From contig CAWFDA010000024.1 in assembly GCA_963814475.1 (NCBI GenBank), forward strand, positions 5,685-69,684: DNA of 64,000 bases. The letters run 5' to 3'. The stretch comes from an uncultured Bacteroidota bacterium. Lineage in GTDB: Bacteria > Bacteroidota > Bacteroidia > AKYH767-A > OLB10. The position numbers and the translations under genes were made by a program. Numbering within the stretch: position 1 is the stretch's first letter; each line of letters opens with the position of its first letter. Shown piece by piece: positions 39,927 through 52,405 of this stretch. The notes beneath the pieces were generated by a model. It did not search any database. It was not told the DNA's origin and saw only the letters and a program-made list of their open reading frames with translations.

Positions 39927-40541
39927 TTACTTTTTAATAACCTCCTGTGTTGAGCTTGTATCATGTTTCAATGCTTTTTCAATTCTACTATCTGGAATTA
40001 ACCACAGAATAGCAATACATATAAAAATACCACAAGAAATATAAGGGTTTATATAAGCTAAAGGAATGGTAATTACATAACTCAGAGTTGAAACTTTCCC
40101 TTTTCTATCGCTACCATTTGCTATCACTTGCCCTAATATTGAATCTTTTCCGTTTAATTTTATCAATGCAAAAACAAGAATGGAATAGGCAATTGATGAA
40201 AGCAACAATACAACAGCCATTAATATAACCGGGTTTCTGGCAAAATGGTTTTCCCCCATCCATGCGGTAACAAAAGGTAGCAACGACAAACAAAATAACA
40301 GAAAGCCATTTGCCAACAGTACTTGCCCATTAACTTTCTTTACGGATTGAAATAAGTGATGATGATTGTTCCAATAGATCCAAACCATTATAAAACTAAA
40401 TAAATAAGATAAAAATTTAGGAGACAAGGCAACCAAATTGGCCCATTCTGAACCATGTGGTGCTTTAATTTCCAATACCATAATGGTAACGACAATTGCC
40501 AAAACCCAATCACTAAAAGCTTCCAATCTATTTTTGTTCAT
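39927..40541 (-). CDS. TMEM175/DUF1211-family potassium channel
   Basis: The signature RLEAFSDWVLAIVVTIMVLE is followed by six TM segments. Confidence 0.8.
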   Translation of the reverse strand: MNKNRLEAFSDWVLAIVVTIMVLEIKAPHGSEWANLVALSPKFLSYLFSFIMVWIYWNNHHHLFQSVKKVNGQVLLANGFLLFCLSLLPFVTAWMGENHFARNPVILMAVVLLLSSIAYSILVFALIKLNGKDSILGQVIANGSDRKGKVSTLSYVITIPLAYINPYISCGIFICIAILWLIPDSRIEKALKHDTSSTQEVIKK

Positions 40542-40869
40542 TTTTTTAACTGAGTTAATACTATTTAATGGGGGAGATTTTAATTTAATATTTTGACTAT
40601 TGCCGTTCTTTCAAATTTCCTTATCGGAATATCCAAAGTAAATAAATAAATTCCAAATTAGCTACCTGAGAACAACTTTGTTAATTCAGGAGTTGCTATC
40701 ACTGAACTTGGAACATAGCCCTACACCTACCGACACAGTAGGAAAGTATTATTCAACTGCTTTTCTTCCAATTTCTTACAATAGTTGTGCTTGTTTCGCA
40801 ACTAAGGTACACATGTTATTTAATTCTAACAACAAATCATAAAAAAATCGTTTCCACCGGGTTTGTTGT

Positions 40870-41082
40870 TCACCTCGTGTCATTTGCATATTCCAAAATG
40901 TCACCCGGCTGGCAATCCAGTACGTTGCAAATAGCTTCTAGTGTGGAGAATCTAATTGCTTTTGCTTTACCTGTTTTTAAAATAGAAAGATTAGATTAAG
41001 TTAAATCAACTTTTTCAGATAATTCATTCAGTGACATCTTTCGCTTTGCCATCATTACATCTAAATTTACAATGATTGACAC
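40870..41082 (-). pseudogene. YozG-type XRE-family HTH regulator with an in-frame TAA
   Basis: Minus-strand translation reads (V)SIIVNLDVMMAKRKMSLNELSEKVDLT*SNLSILKTGKAKAIRFSTLEAICNVLDCQPGDILEY. The stop codon occupies plus-strand 40996-40998. Confidence 0.65.
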
Positions 41083-41089
41083 AAGCTAA

Positions 41090-41599
41090 ACTGTTAAATC
41101 GTTTTCATTTTGAATTTCTACTCCCTTTTTGAAAGTAATCGCAATAATATAGACTGCAGCCGCCATCAAAATAAATGCTTAACTGTCTGTCCAAAATTGG
41201 TTTAAATTATCTGTGACAAAACCACGATGCAGTATATTTTTCGCTGATTCAGATGCAATGTAACTTAAAAGTTCAATGGAAAAAGTGATATAACTTATGA
41301 TGAAAATTTGATTAGAAAGATAGCTTTTGAATGGTTTTAACATATCAATTTTATTCATGAGCCGGATGACAATATAAAATAGCCTTCAAAATTGAGATCA
41401 CAAGGATAAAGCTAAACATACTCAAAAAGGCCCATTTACTAAGGTTATAAACCTCAATCAAGTCTAACTTTTGATACAGGTTTTGAATAAATTCAGGTTT
41501 GTAGAGGCTGAAAATAAAATTAACGATCAAACCTCCAGACTCTATACTTTGGCCCACGAAAATTAGCCAAGCAATTATATATAAACCCTTAAATATCAA
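41090..41599 (-). pseudogene. DUF2975-like membrane protein, fragmented
   Basis: ORF 41351..41599 plus downstream fragments in other frames. DUF2975 genes are usually paired with YozG-type regulators. Confidence 0.35.
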
Positions 41600-41802
41600 G
41601 CTATTGCTTTGTGACGTATTATTTGTAATTTTAAATTATGGCATATAATATAACAAATAATTTATCGATAAACAATAAATATCATCTTTTATTCAATAAT
41701 TATATTTTTCTCCCGGTAAAAGCAATTTTTCTAAAAATCGACAACTTTTTCATATCAAAACATAATCCTTTAGCAATTTATGGATCCACGTAAAGACTTT
41801 TT

Positions 41803-43488
41803 CTATTGTTTTAGTATTTTTTTCGTGACTTCACCATTTTTTGATACGATGCGAACTAAATGCAATCCTGCGCTTTGATTGGACAAATTGAAAGAAAATT
41901 TTTCATTTGAGCCGTTAATGAAAAAAATGAGTTTTCCTAAACTATCATAAACATAAACAGCAAGGTAAATTAGATTCGGATTCTCAATATGAAAAACGTC
42001 ATTTACCGGATTGGGAAAAATAGAAATGTTTTCAACAAAATTTTCGCTGATGCCAACCATTCCTAAGTATACATTTGTACAAAATTGATCATTGGGAACT
42101 ATGGTATCTGTTACACTATTTGGATAACTTGTATAAACGCAAAGATCAATATCAATGGTATCAACGAAGTTATTAATACTCGAATGTACCAAATCAAGGT
42201 TTATCCAAATAGAATCATTCGGAGCCAGATTAAAACCGAAAAATTCATTTGTATAAAACTCTTCTGAACAAATTCCCCAAGGCTCTATTCGGTGACTTAT
42301 TCGACAAGTATTCATCACATTGTTTCCATAATTTTTAACCAGGGCAGCAGCCCATACTTTATGTTGATAAACTCCTGGGGAAGATACTAACTGCAGAAAT
42401 GTTTGTGTTATATCCAGACCCACTACTCCGATATCAGTATTATTCACAAGTGTGCTTTGTGTGGTATTTAATGAATAGTCTACATACCGAATCGCATGAT
42501 GCAATGTAATGGGGTAATTAATAGCAACAGATAAGTGTGAGTTGCTAAAGTCTTTATAAAAATCTGCATTTAAAGTAACTTGAACAGGAACGGAATTTTG
42601 AAATTGCAATTGATGGTCTAATTCAAATACTGTTAGGCTATTAATTCCAGTACAGACAAACCGAATCAAATTATTATCTACCTTTAAATTTGAATAGTTA
42701 GAAAATCCGGAAACATCCGAACCTTGCAATAAAATCAAATTATTATCAAAAATAAATAAACTGTCTAGGGTAAGAACAAAAAGGCTATCGTTTAATGAAC
42801 TTACATTTTGGATATCAGAACTAAATAGTTTAGTAATTGCACTATTGCCGGCAGCATCAAAAGCAGTTAGTGAATCATATTTATAGGCAATAAATTCATA
42901 ACCTGATAATTTACAAAATCCACTCAGCTCTTTCGGATTAATTTGTACACTATCTGTAATTGAGCCGTTGCTGTTGATCGTATAAACAATTGAATTTGAT
43001 GCAGAGTCAACATAATTAATTATTAATTCATTATTTGCAGTTAAAGAGAGTCCTGTTAAATTAGTTGAAAAAAAACATACGCTATTTACCCAAGAATTCG
43101 TCCAATCCAAATTGCCGTTGGGATCATATTTTTGAATAAACCAATAGCAATCTTGCGAAACATCACAAGTTGGCATCCCAAACCCTGACACGTAAACACC
43201 TCCCGATTCAGAAGGTATCATCTCATGAACTTCTATGAACTCCGAGAGAATAGGAGTAATTGGTGATCCCCATAAAATAGTGCCAAGAGTATCGATTTTA
43301 AATAATGTACATGTAGAAAAAAAACTGCTTGTCTTTTGAAATTTTACTAAATAAGAAAATTCATCCACACAAACCAGGGCTTTTGGATTCTGGTCATAGT
43401 TGTCATTAAATCCTAATTCAGAATTTATACCTTGAGAATAAATGGTGCCTGAAAGAAATAATAAAAAGATAAGTAATCTTGGCTTCAT
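41803..43488 (-). CDS. T9SS type-A sorting domain protein
   Basis: Signal peptide present. The C-terminus reads IFPNPVNDVFHIE ... GLHLVRIVSKNGE. Confidence 0.75.
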   Translation of the reverse strand: MKPRLLIFLLFLSGTIYSQGINSELGFNDNYDQNPKALVCVDEFSYLVKFQKTSSFFSTCTLFKIDTLGTILWGSPITPILSEFIEVHEMIPSESGGVYVSGFGMPTCDVSQDCYWFIQKYDPNGNLDWTNSWVNSVCFFSTNLTGLSLTANNELIINYVDSASNSIVYTINSNGSITDSVQINPKELSGFCKLSGYEFIAYKYDSLTAFDAAGNSAITKLFSSDIQNVSSLNDSLFVLTLDSLFIFDNNLILLQGSDVSGFSNYSNLKVDNNLIRFVCTGINSLTVFELDHQLQFQNSVPVQVTLNADFYKDFSNSHLSVAINYPITLHHAIRYVDYSLNTTQSTLVNNTDIGVVGLDITQTFLQLVSSPGVYQHKVWAAALVKNYGNNVMNTCRISHRIEPWGICSEEFYTNEFFGFNLAPNDSIWINLDLVHSSINNFVDTIDIDLCVYTSYPNSVTDTIVPNDQFCTNVYLGMVGISENFVENISIFPNPVNDVFHIENPNLIYLAVYVYDSLGKLIFFINGSNEKFSFNLSNQSAGLHLVRIVSKNGEVTKKILKQ

Positions 43489-43677
43489 ATTAAATTCAAA
43501 TTAAACTCGATTCGACTTAAACTCCGGAAGAGCAGTACAGGATGTGAAAATACAATTATTCCTCCGTAAAAGACATAACAAATATAAAAAATCTAAAAAT
43601 GGATAGGCAGTGAAGTATCCTTCCAATATTATAAATAAATTTTTACTCCATCTAGGCGATCTGGTACTTTTTTGTTT

Positions 43678-44346
43678 TTAGGAATCAAATTTTGAACCGT
43701 CCCACTCACTGTCGGGTGGAAACAAATCCGACTTTCTTTTGATCATTTCCAATGCAATTAAGGCACTATTACCCCCTAGTTCTTCAAGTTTAGAAATAAT
43801 ATTAAGATAGCTTTTTTCGTCTCTGTTTTGGCTCAATTTGAATACATTGTCGATTTTTTCAACCTTTATCTCGAAGCCAACAATTGCAGGCATCATTTTA
43901 CTTAAAAATTGGTTTGGAAGATTATCATAGATCGTTTGTGAATTTGTGTTACCCTTTTCAAATTTCAAGGTTAGCTTTTTCATAAACTCCACCAATTCAT
44001 CATTTGACATAAATTCGATTTGTCCGTTTATATGAACACTCATATAATTCCAAGTTGAACCGATTTTTGGGTTGCTGTACCAAGAAGCACTTACATAAGC
44101 GTTAGGGCCTGAAAATACGACTAATGCATTGGGATTTTCTTTGAATGCGTTGTGGTGATCGGTATTACGCATTATGTGTCCTTGTAAAAATAGGTCTCCA
44201 TTCCTTTCTTCAATTAAAATGGGTATTTGTGTCGCAACCTGATTTCCTGTCAAGTTGCTACCTGTTAAAAAGGCAAAGGGATACCCTTCAAGAAACTCTA
44301 AAATTGTTTGCCTTTCTTTTTCTTTAAAATAGGAAAAATTATACAT
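43678..44346 (-). CDS. PaiB-like FMN-binding negative transcriptional regulator
   Basis: N-terminal YFKEKERQTILEFLEGYPFAFL pattern and ~220 aa size, typical of the PaiB family. Confidence 0.7.
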   Translation of the reverse strand: MYNFSYFKEKERQTILEFLEGYPFAFLTGSNLTGNQVATQIPILIEERNGDLFLQGHIMRNTDHHNAFKENPNALVVFSGPNAYVSASWYSNPKIGSTWNYMSVHINGQIEFMSNDELVEFMKKLTLKFEKGNTNSQTIYDNLPNQFLSKMMPAIVGFEIKVEKIDNVFKLSQNRDEKSYLNIISKLEELGGNSALIALEMIKRKSDLFPPDSEWDGSKFDS

Positions 44347-44999
44347 TGTTTTTATTCGTGTTAGTGTTTATTGAGAATTTTTTATTACAATATTACAACG
44401 CAGCTTTCCTATATCGACATACAACCACCACAGGGGTATTGTAAATTCCTAAAGGAAAGTATAAGAATTTGCAGTCACTTCTACTACCCAAATGTAACAA
44501 ATTGTTTTGGTGATTCAAAAACGGCATTTATTTGGTTTATGGCAAATGAATGTTTTACAATGCAGTATATAATTATGTGGGATAATGACCTTCTCCAATG
44601 ATCAAGAATAATTGCCAAAGTTATAAATAAATGATAGACTAGTTTCACTAATTCTCAAGTTCAATAAATCTAAATCTTGTTTATGATTTAGTCTTCATTT
44701 TTTGATATGTTCAAATATGGGCACTTGATATAAATGACATAATGAATAAACCATTTTTATATTCTCTGCTTTCTAAAAATGACCTGAAATTATCTAATGT
44801 AATATTCTGTTCTTCAATGGCACCGGATTCGGTAAACACCGGGGGTGTCGTTTAGTATTAATTTACCCATTCAGGGGAAATAGAGCATCTATACTTACTA
44901 TTTTAATTAGGGATTTCAAATTAAAACGACTTGGCATAATTGATGCATTTATCATTTAATTAAAACTAAAAATCGCAATAATTATCAAAAACCAAAATT

Positions 45000-45119
45000 A
45001 TGAATAATTTATTTAAAGGTATATTAGCCGGATACGGTGCATACAAATGGGGTGGCGGCTGTTTGGGAACCATACTGGTTTTTGTTTTAATTTGGTTTTT
45101 GCTCGGTCAATGCAATTAG
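45000..45119 (+). CDS. 39-aa small membrane peptide (candidate)
   Basis: Runs from ATG to TAG and reads MNNLFKGILAGYGAYKWGGGCLGTILVFVLIWFLLGQCN. It has one TM helix and is below the ORF-track size cutoff. Confidence 0.3.
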   Translation: MNNLFKGILAGYGAYKWGGGCLGTILVFVLIWFLLGQCN

Positions 45120-45216
45120 TCGATGAAGTATTTATTTAATTAAAATTTGAAGATATTGATCTATAGAATGATAAAATGTTTATTTTCACATCATTCTTCG
45201 AAAAGTGTATCTTTAA

Positions 45217-45972
45217 ATGTTAACACACAAATTTGCAATAGCTCTGTACAATGGCCCATACCGATGGTTCGGGTTGGATCAAACACGAATTGTACTAATA
45301 CTTTGTCATGCTCGTAGTGGCTCCACGTTACTAAATCATATTTTACTTTCCAATCCACAAATAATAAGTAATGGGGAGAGAATGTTTAATTACAAGTCTG
45401 AAAATGATCTTGATTTATTTATAATGACTATGCGTTTGAGACAACGTAATTTTATAAAGCAGTGCAATTTTGTCGTCGATCAATTAACCGCCACAGAAAG
45501 ATTAGCAAATCATGAACTTTTAAATTCGCCTCGAGTAAAAGTAATTTTTCTGATTCGGGAACCAGAAGCTGCTATTGCCAGTATGGTAAAGTTGTCAAAA
45601 GAAGGAAATAGTGGTTGGAACATTAGTAAAGCTATTGAATATTACATTGAAAGATTAAAGATGCTTGCAACGTATGGGAATGGATTGAATAATAAATCTA
45701 ACGGACTTTTCATTACATACCATGATTTAGTTAACAAAACGGATCCAACTCTTGCTCGACTTCAAAAATTTTTACTTTTAAAAGAACCGTTAAATGAACA
45801 ATATCCAATACAGTCGTTCACAGGAATTCATGGAGACCCTTCCAAAACGATTCGAACCGGTCATATAGTTCATAACAAAACTCCTGCTAAAATAGATTGT
45901 TCGCACGAATTGATGGAACAACTAAAAAATTCCTATTCCGAATGTTTGCAAAAGCTCATGGTATTTAAATAA
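45217..45972 (+). CDS. sulfotransferase-family protein
   Basis: The PAPS 5'-phosphosulfate-binding-like loop is CHARSGSTLL; a 3'-PB-like region is IFLIREP. Confidence 0.6.
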   Translation: MLTHKFAIALYNGPYRWFGLDQTRIVLILCHARSGSTLLNHILLSNPQIISNGERMFNYKSENDLDLFIMTMRLRQRNFIKQCNFVVDQLTATERLANHELLNSPRVKVIFLIREPEAAIASMVKLSKEGNSGWNISKAIEYYIERLKMLATYGNGLNNKSNGLFITYHDLVNKTDPTLARLQKFLLLKEPLNEQYPIQSFTGIHGDPSKTIRTGHIVHNKTPAKIDCSHELMEQLKNSYSECLQKLMVFK

Positions 45973-46278
45973 TTTTAATAATTGAAATAGTTTGTAATCA
46001 TGCAAACTTTATACTTGATAAACCAAATATTGTTTTCAATTAAATATTTTCCTTAGAAAATATTTTTGATGGGCACAAAAATTCTTTGTTGTTAAGAAAT
46101 GGTTAAACTTCGTAGCACTTCTGATTCTGCTTTATGGAATAAAGTATCAAAAATCGAAGAAACTAGGAAAGGGATCAAAATATATTTAAGCGACATTAAA
46201 GGCCAATACGTTACTTTTTTTATTAATTTTAGCCTTTGAAATACTCCCCTTTCAGTAACAAACTCAAACGTTAAAACT

Positions 46279-46770
46279 ATGAAAAACAATCTTTTAAAAG
46301 GTATATTAGTATCGAGTGTAGTGTTTTTAGCGATTGCATGTAGCCCCAAAAACGAAACACCTCCTCCGGCAGAAATAGACAAAGAAATGGTTAAGCAAGA
46401 AATTCAAGCCCGTGAAAATGAGTATGCTGAACTTTATAATACGAGGCAACTAAAAGATATTGGTTATTATGCAGAAGATGCTATTAGTTATTCCCAAAAC
46501 AAAGCTCCATTGGTAGGCAAAAGTGCTATTGTTGAGTATTTGAAAACAAATATAGATACGGCTGCTCCTGCAAATAAAATTTCATTTACTACCAATGAAG
46601 TGTTTGTTTCGCCTGATGGTATTAATGTTGTTGAAATCGGATACTATAAATTAGTTGATTCTGCTGATTCAATTATCAACACAGGAAATTATATGAGTAT
46701 ATTTGAAAAAAGAGATGGAAAATATGTTTGTTTAAGAGATATGAGTACATCTGATATTCCGTTTGAATAA
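46279..46770 (+). CDS. SnoaL/DUF4440-like (NTF2-fold) lipoprotein
   Basis: Lipobox LAIACS and ~140 aa of NTF2-like pattern. Confidence 0.5.
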   Translation: MKNNLLKGILVSSVVFLAIACSPKNETPPPAEIDKEMVKQEIQARENEYAELYNTRQLKDIGYYAEDAISYSQNKAPLVGKSAIVEYLKTNIDTAAPANKISFTTNEVFVSPDGINVVEIGYYKLVDSADSIINTGNYMSIFEKRDGKYVCLRDMSTSDIPFE

Positions 46771-46810
46771 TTAATATTTCTTCGAATATATTTAAAACTA
46801 TAAAATTAAA

Positions 46811-46840
46811 AGAGGCTGACCAATCAGGACAGCCTCTTTT
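46811..46840. terminator. bidirectional Rho-independent terminator-like hairpin
   Basis: AGAGGCTG (46811-46818) / CAGCCTCT (46830-46837) is flanked by A and T tracts and sits between convergent genes. Confidence 0.6.
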
Positions 46841-46876
46841 AATTTATGAATTATTTTTAAGAATGGTTACGGTTTA

Positions 46877-48136
46877 TTACCTTCTACCACCGCCACCGCC
46901 TCTTGAGCCGCCACCGCCTCTTGAGCCACCACCGCCACTATAACCACCACCGCCTCTTGAGCCACCACTGTAACTACTTCCACCGCTTGAACGGGAGGAG
47001 CCAGATGAGCTTGGTCTTGATTGTGGTGATGAATAACTGTTCGATGGACGAGATCCGCTTGAAGTGCCAGTAGAAGGACGTGATGTTCCACTTGAAGAAC
47101 CAGTAGAAGGACGTGATGTTCCACCTGAAGTTCCTGTTGAAGGACGAGTTGTTCCGCTTGATGAACCGGTGGAAGGACGTGTGCTTCCGGAAGTTCCTTT
47201 AGAAGGCTGCGTTCCTGTAGAAGGACGAGTTCCTCCGGAAGTTCCTTTAGAGGGTTGCGTTCCTGCAGAAGGACGCGTACCTCCGGTATTACCTGTAGAA
47301 GGACGTGTACCTCCGGTATTACCTGTAGAAGGACGTGTACCACTTGTATTATTACCATAACTTCCATTGTTACGGTTGTGGTTCACGGTATTGGAAGTAT
47401 TTCTGTTACTATTATAGTTGTTGTAAGAATTATGGTTAATAACAACTGTGCTATGCCCATATCCACCATGGTATCCACCATGATAACCGTAGTGAGCACC
47501 GAAATAAATACCAACAGAAATTGCTGCAAAAGGAACGAAATAGGGGGGATAAAATCCGTAATAGTATGGTGGATAATAAGGAACGTAAGCCGGAGAATAA
47601 ACATACTGAACTATGGGTGCAGACTCAACCACAACTACTGTTGCGGGAGCAGCTTTTACGATTGTAGTATCAGTTCCTGTGTACCCTGGGTTAGGGGTAA
47701 CAGCCGGAGTATTTTGTGGTTCAATAATATAATCTTTTCCATATAAAGTTTCGTCTCCTACAATTTGTAAGGTTACCTTTTTATTTTTGTCTTTCGATAC
47801 TAAAATAACTGCAACATCTTGTGTTTCTTTTTCATTAACCGCTATCTGCAGAACAAAAGTAAAATCATCATCTTTTTGTTTTGTTACCACTTTGATGAAA
47901 TCCACCTTTTTATCTAAATCCAAATCGAGGTTGTTGACACCGGTTTTCTCCTCATTGAGTGATTTTTCAAATTCCTCAATGGTTTTAGATTTTTGAAACA
48001 AATCCAACACAGAAATTAAGTCTAGGTTATCACCCGGCAAACCTGATAGTGCAGAATCACTTTCTGATTGTGAAAAAACAGGCATACTCAACGTAGTCAT
48101 CAATAATATCAAAAATAATAATCCGGATCTTTTCAT
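46877..48136 (-). CDS. secreted protein with a Tyr/Pro-rich segment and a long Gly/Ser/Thr/Arg/Pro tandem-repeat tail
   Basis: Signal peptide and a ~150 aa N-terminal domain. Then YVPYYPPYYYGFYPPYF, HGGYHGGYGH, about 10 GTRPSTG-type repeats, and a terminal (GGGSR)n-RR. Confidence 0.7.
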   Translation of the reverse strand: MKRSGLLFLILLMTTLSMPVFSQSESDSALSGLPGDNLDLISVLDLFQKSKTIEEFEKSLNEEKTGVNNLDLDLDKKVDFIKVVTKQKDDDFTFVLQIAVNEKETQDVAVILVSKDKNKKVTLQIVGDETLYGKDYIIEPQNTPAVTPNPGYTGTDTTIVKAAPATVVVVESAPIVQYVYSPAYVPYYPPYYYGFYPPYFVPFAAISVGIYFGAHYGYHGGYHGGYGHSTVVINHNSYNNYNSNRNTSNTVNHNRNNGSYGNNTSGTRPSTGNTGGTRPSTGNTGGTRPSAGTQPSKGTSGGTRPSTGTQPSKGTSGSTRPSTGSSSGTTRPSTGTSGGTSRPSTGSSSGTSRPSTGTSSGSRPSNSYSSPQSRPSSSGSSRSSGGSSYSGGSRGGGGYSGGGGSRGGGGSRGGGGGRR

Positions 48137-48557
48137 AATTTTAGGTGGTAATATCAGTCTAAATGATGCTCAAATGTAAGGAAAATTAATCTTAATTTGA
48201 ATTCTTATACAATAAGGACCTCCGTAGAATGTATATAATTGATTGTTTTATAATTAGTTAGATAAAACCTTGCTTTGATTACTGCAATCTGTTTTGTACA
48301 ATTTCGACCATGTTTTTTCCCAATGAATATTTATGTTATCCTTGGCTCACTCATTTGAAATCTATTAAAAGTTTCACTATCCAAACTCTGAAAATGAATT
48401 TTAAGATTGAGAGTATAAACTTGAGTTGGAAATTATTATAAAAACAGTTCTAATCAATTAACCAATATCCGCGACCGTTAGATTCTATCAACAAATCTAA
48501 GTTGGTATTTTAAACATACGATTTTTTACGTCTCCAAAAAATGTATTTTAATTAAAA

Positions 48558-48583
48558 AAGGTGGTCCCATAACTAACCACCTT
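48558..48583 (-). terminator. Rho-independent terminator-like hairpin downstream of katG
   Basis: AAGGTGGT / ACCACCTT stem with an A-tract on the plus strand, which is a T-tract on the katG strand. Confidence 0.5.
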
Positions 48584-48628
48584 TTCTAAATAAATGCACA
48601 ATTTAAAAAATGTATAGAATCATTAAAA

Positions 48629-50869
<2,241 letters not shown>

Positions 50870-51157
50870 TAGTTTAGGATGATTTATTTATTTTGAAATA
50901 TGATTTTAAAGATATTTTTACTCATTTCTAAGAATGGGCAATTTTACAAATTTAAAGTTAATTTTATTATGACAGAAGTCACTTAACTTCGCTCATCCTA
51001 AAACCATTAAATGGAATGATTGTTTATTATTTTCATTTAATTAAACATAAATTTGTATATCTCAATTGCATTAAATAGTGAGAATATTAATTCGTTCCTG
51101 TTTTAGAAATAATTGTTTATGGATGCGCGATCAATTTAAAATTATTTTCATATAAAG

Positions 51158-51691
51158 ATGAAACTAGAATCACTCACCACTCCCAGAATAATTTTAAAAA
51201 TTTTCTCACCCGAAGATTTTATTTATGTCTTTGAAAATTATTCGGAAAATGAAATCAAAAAAATATTAGGACATCATTCTGATGAGGAGTACTTAAAAGA
51301 AAAAAATAAATATGAAAATGGTTATACCACTTATAATCGTAGTTTTAAGTATTTTCAAATTATTGAAAAGGAAAGCAATGTTATCATTGGCGGTTGCGGC
51401 TTTCATAACTGGTACCCCGATCACAGGCGTGCCGAATTAGGCTATGTTATTACCAAAGAGGAATACAAAGGGAAAGGAATAATGTCGGAGGTTCTTGAGA
51501 CTGTGATTGATTACGGGTTTAAGAAAATGAATTTGCACAGAATTGAAGCACTCATCGGTACTCAAAATATTCCCTCTTTAAAATTGGTGGCAAAATTCAA
51601 GTTTGTTAAGGAAGGAGTTCTACGTCAGCACTATTTTGTGAATAACCAATTTGAAGATTCTGTCATTTTTTCAAAATTGGTAACTGAATAA
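51158..51691 (+). CDS. GNAT-family N-acetyltransferase (RimJ/RimL-like)
   Basis: Motifs GKGIMSEVLETVIDYGF and HRIEALIGTQNIPSLKLVAKFKF. Confidence 0.8.
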   Translation: MKLESLTTPRIILKIFSPEDFIYVFENYSENEIKKILGHHSDEEYLKEKNKYENGYTTYNRSFKYFQIIEKESNVIIGGCGFHNWYPDHRRAELGYVITKEEYKGKGIMSEVLETVIDYGFKKMNLHRIEALIGTQNIPSLKLVAKFKFVKEGVLRQHYFVNNQFEDSVIFSKLVTE

Positions 51692-51717
51692 AATTTATTC
51701 TGTAATTTAAAATTCCC

Positions 51718-52230
51718 ATGCGACCTGTTATTCGACCCTATGTTGATGCCGACAAGGAAGATTGTCTTGTTGCATTTAGAAGCAATATTCCTTTATATTT
51801 TGCTGAACACGAACTTCCCGACTTCGAATCTTTTTTAGCTACTTTTAAAACCAAAAGGGCTTATGCCGATACCAATCGTAGAACCAGTTATTTTGTTGTG
51901 GAGTTAAATGATAAAGTTGTTGGATGCGGGGGCTTTGGTGACAAAGACAATACAAACACACTTACCCTAGCATGGGGATTAATCCATAAGGATTTTCACA
52001 AGCATGGGTTGGGAGTGTGCTTACTTAAATTCAGATTGAATGAAATAAGAAAACATTTTCCTAAGGAACCGGTTTACATCGACACCACTCAGCACACCTA
52101 CCCGTTTTTCGAAAAATATGGGTTTAGGGTAACGAAAATCACGAATGACTTTTATGCCGAGGGGATGGATCGTTATGATATGGTTTTTCAACCGGGCAAT
52201 ATTTGGTTCAATAATATATCCGAGAAATAA
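51718..52230 (+). CDS. GNAT-family N-acetyltransferase
   Basis: An HKHGLGVCLL motif-A-like region and a FYEKYGF-type C-terminus (FFEKYGF). Confidence 0.65.
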   Translation: MRPVIRPYVDADKEDCLVAFRSNIPLYFAEHELPDFESFLATFKTKRAYADTNRRTSYFVVELNDKVVGCGGFGDKDNTNTLTLAWGLIHKDFHKHGLGVCLLKFRLNEIRKHFPKEPVYIDTTQHTYPFFEKYGFRVTKITNDFYAEGMDRYDMVFQPGNIWFNNISEK

Positions 52231-52405
52231 AATTTAAACTTGTTGCTATTGAAAATGAATTATTTTCAATAAGTTAGTATTCACTATTTCTTCAAATCCA
52301 AATGGTTGCCGTTGAAACAATTATTAAACAGTGTTTTTACTTGTTCCCATTTGAAAAAGGTAACCTAACATATCATATATTTGGCGCAATTAATAAAGGT
52401 TGATT

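Noticed and set aside
40787-40999. A plus-strand 70-aa ORF.
   Set aside because: It is the antisense shadow of the YozG-type HTH gene, whose family-typical sequence reads on the minus strand.
46867-47746. ORFs 46867..47367 (-), 47064..47360 (+), 47255..47746 (+) and 47383..47604 (-) considered as genes.
   Set aside because: They are alternative or antisense frames of the repeat-rich tail of ORF 46877..48136. Only that ORF has a signal peptide and a non-repetitive N-terminal domain.
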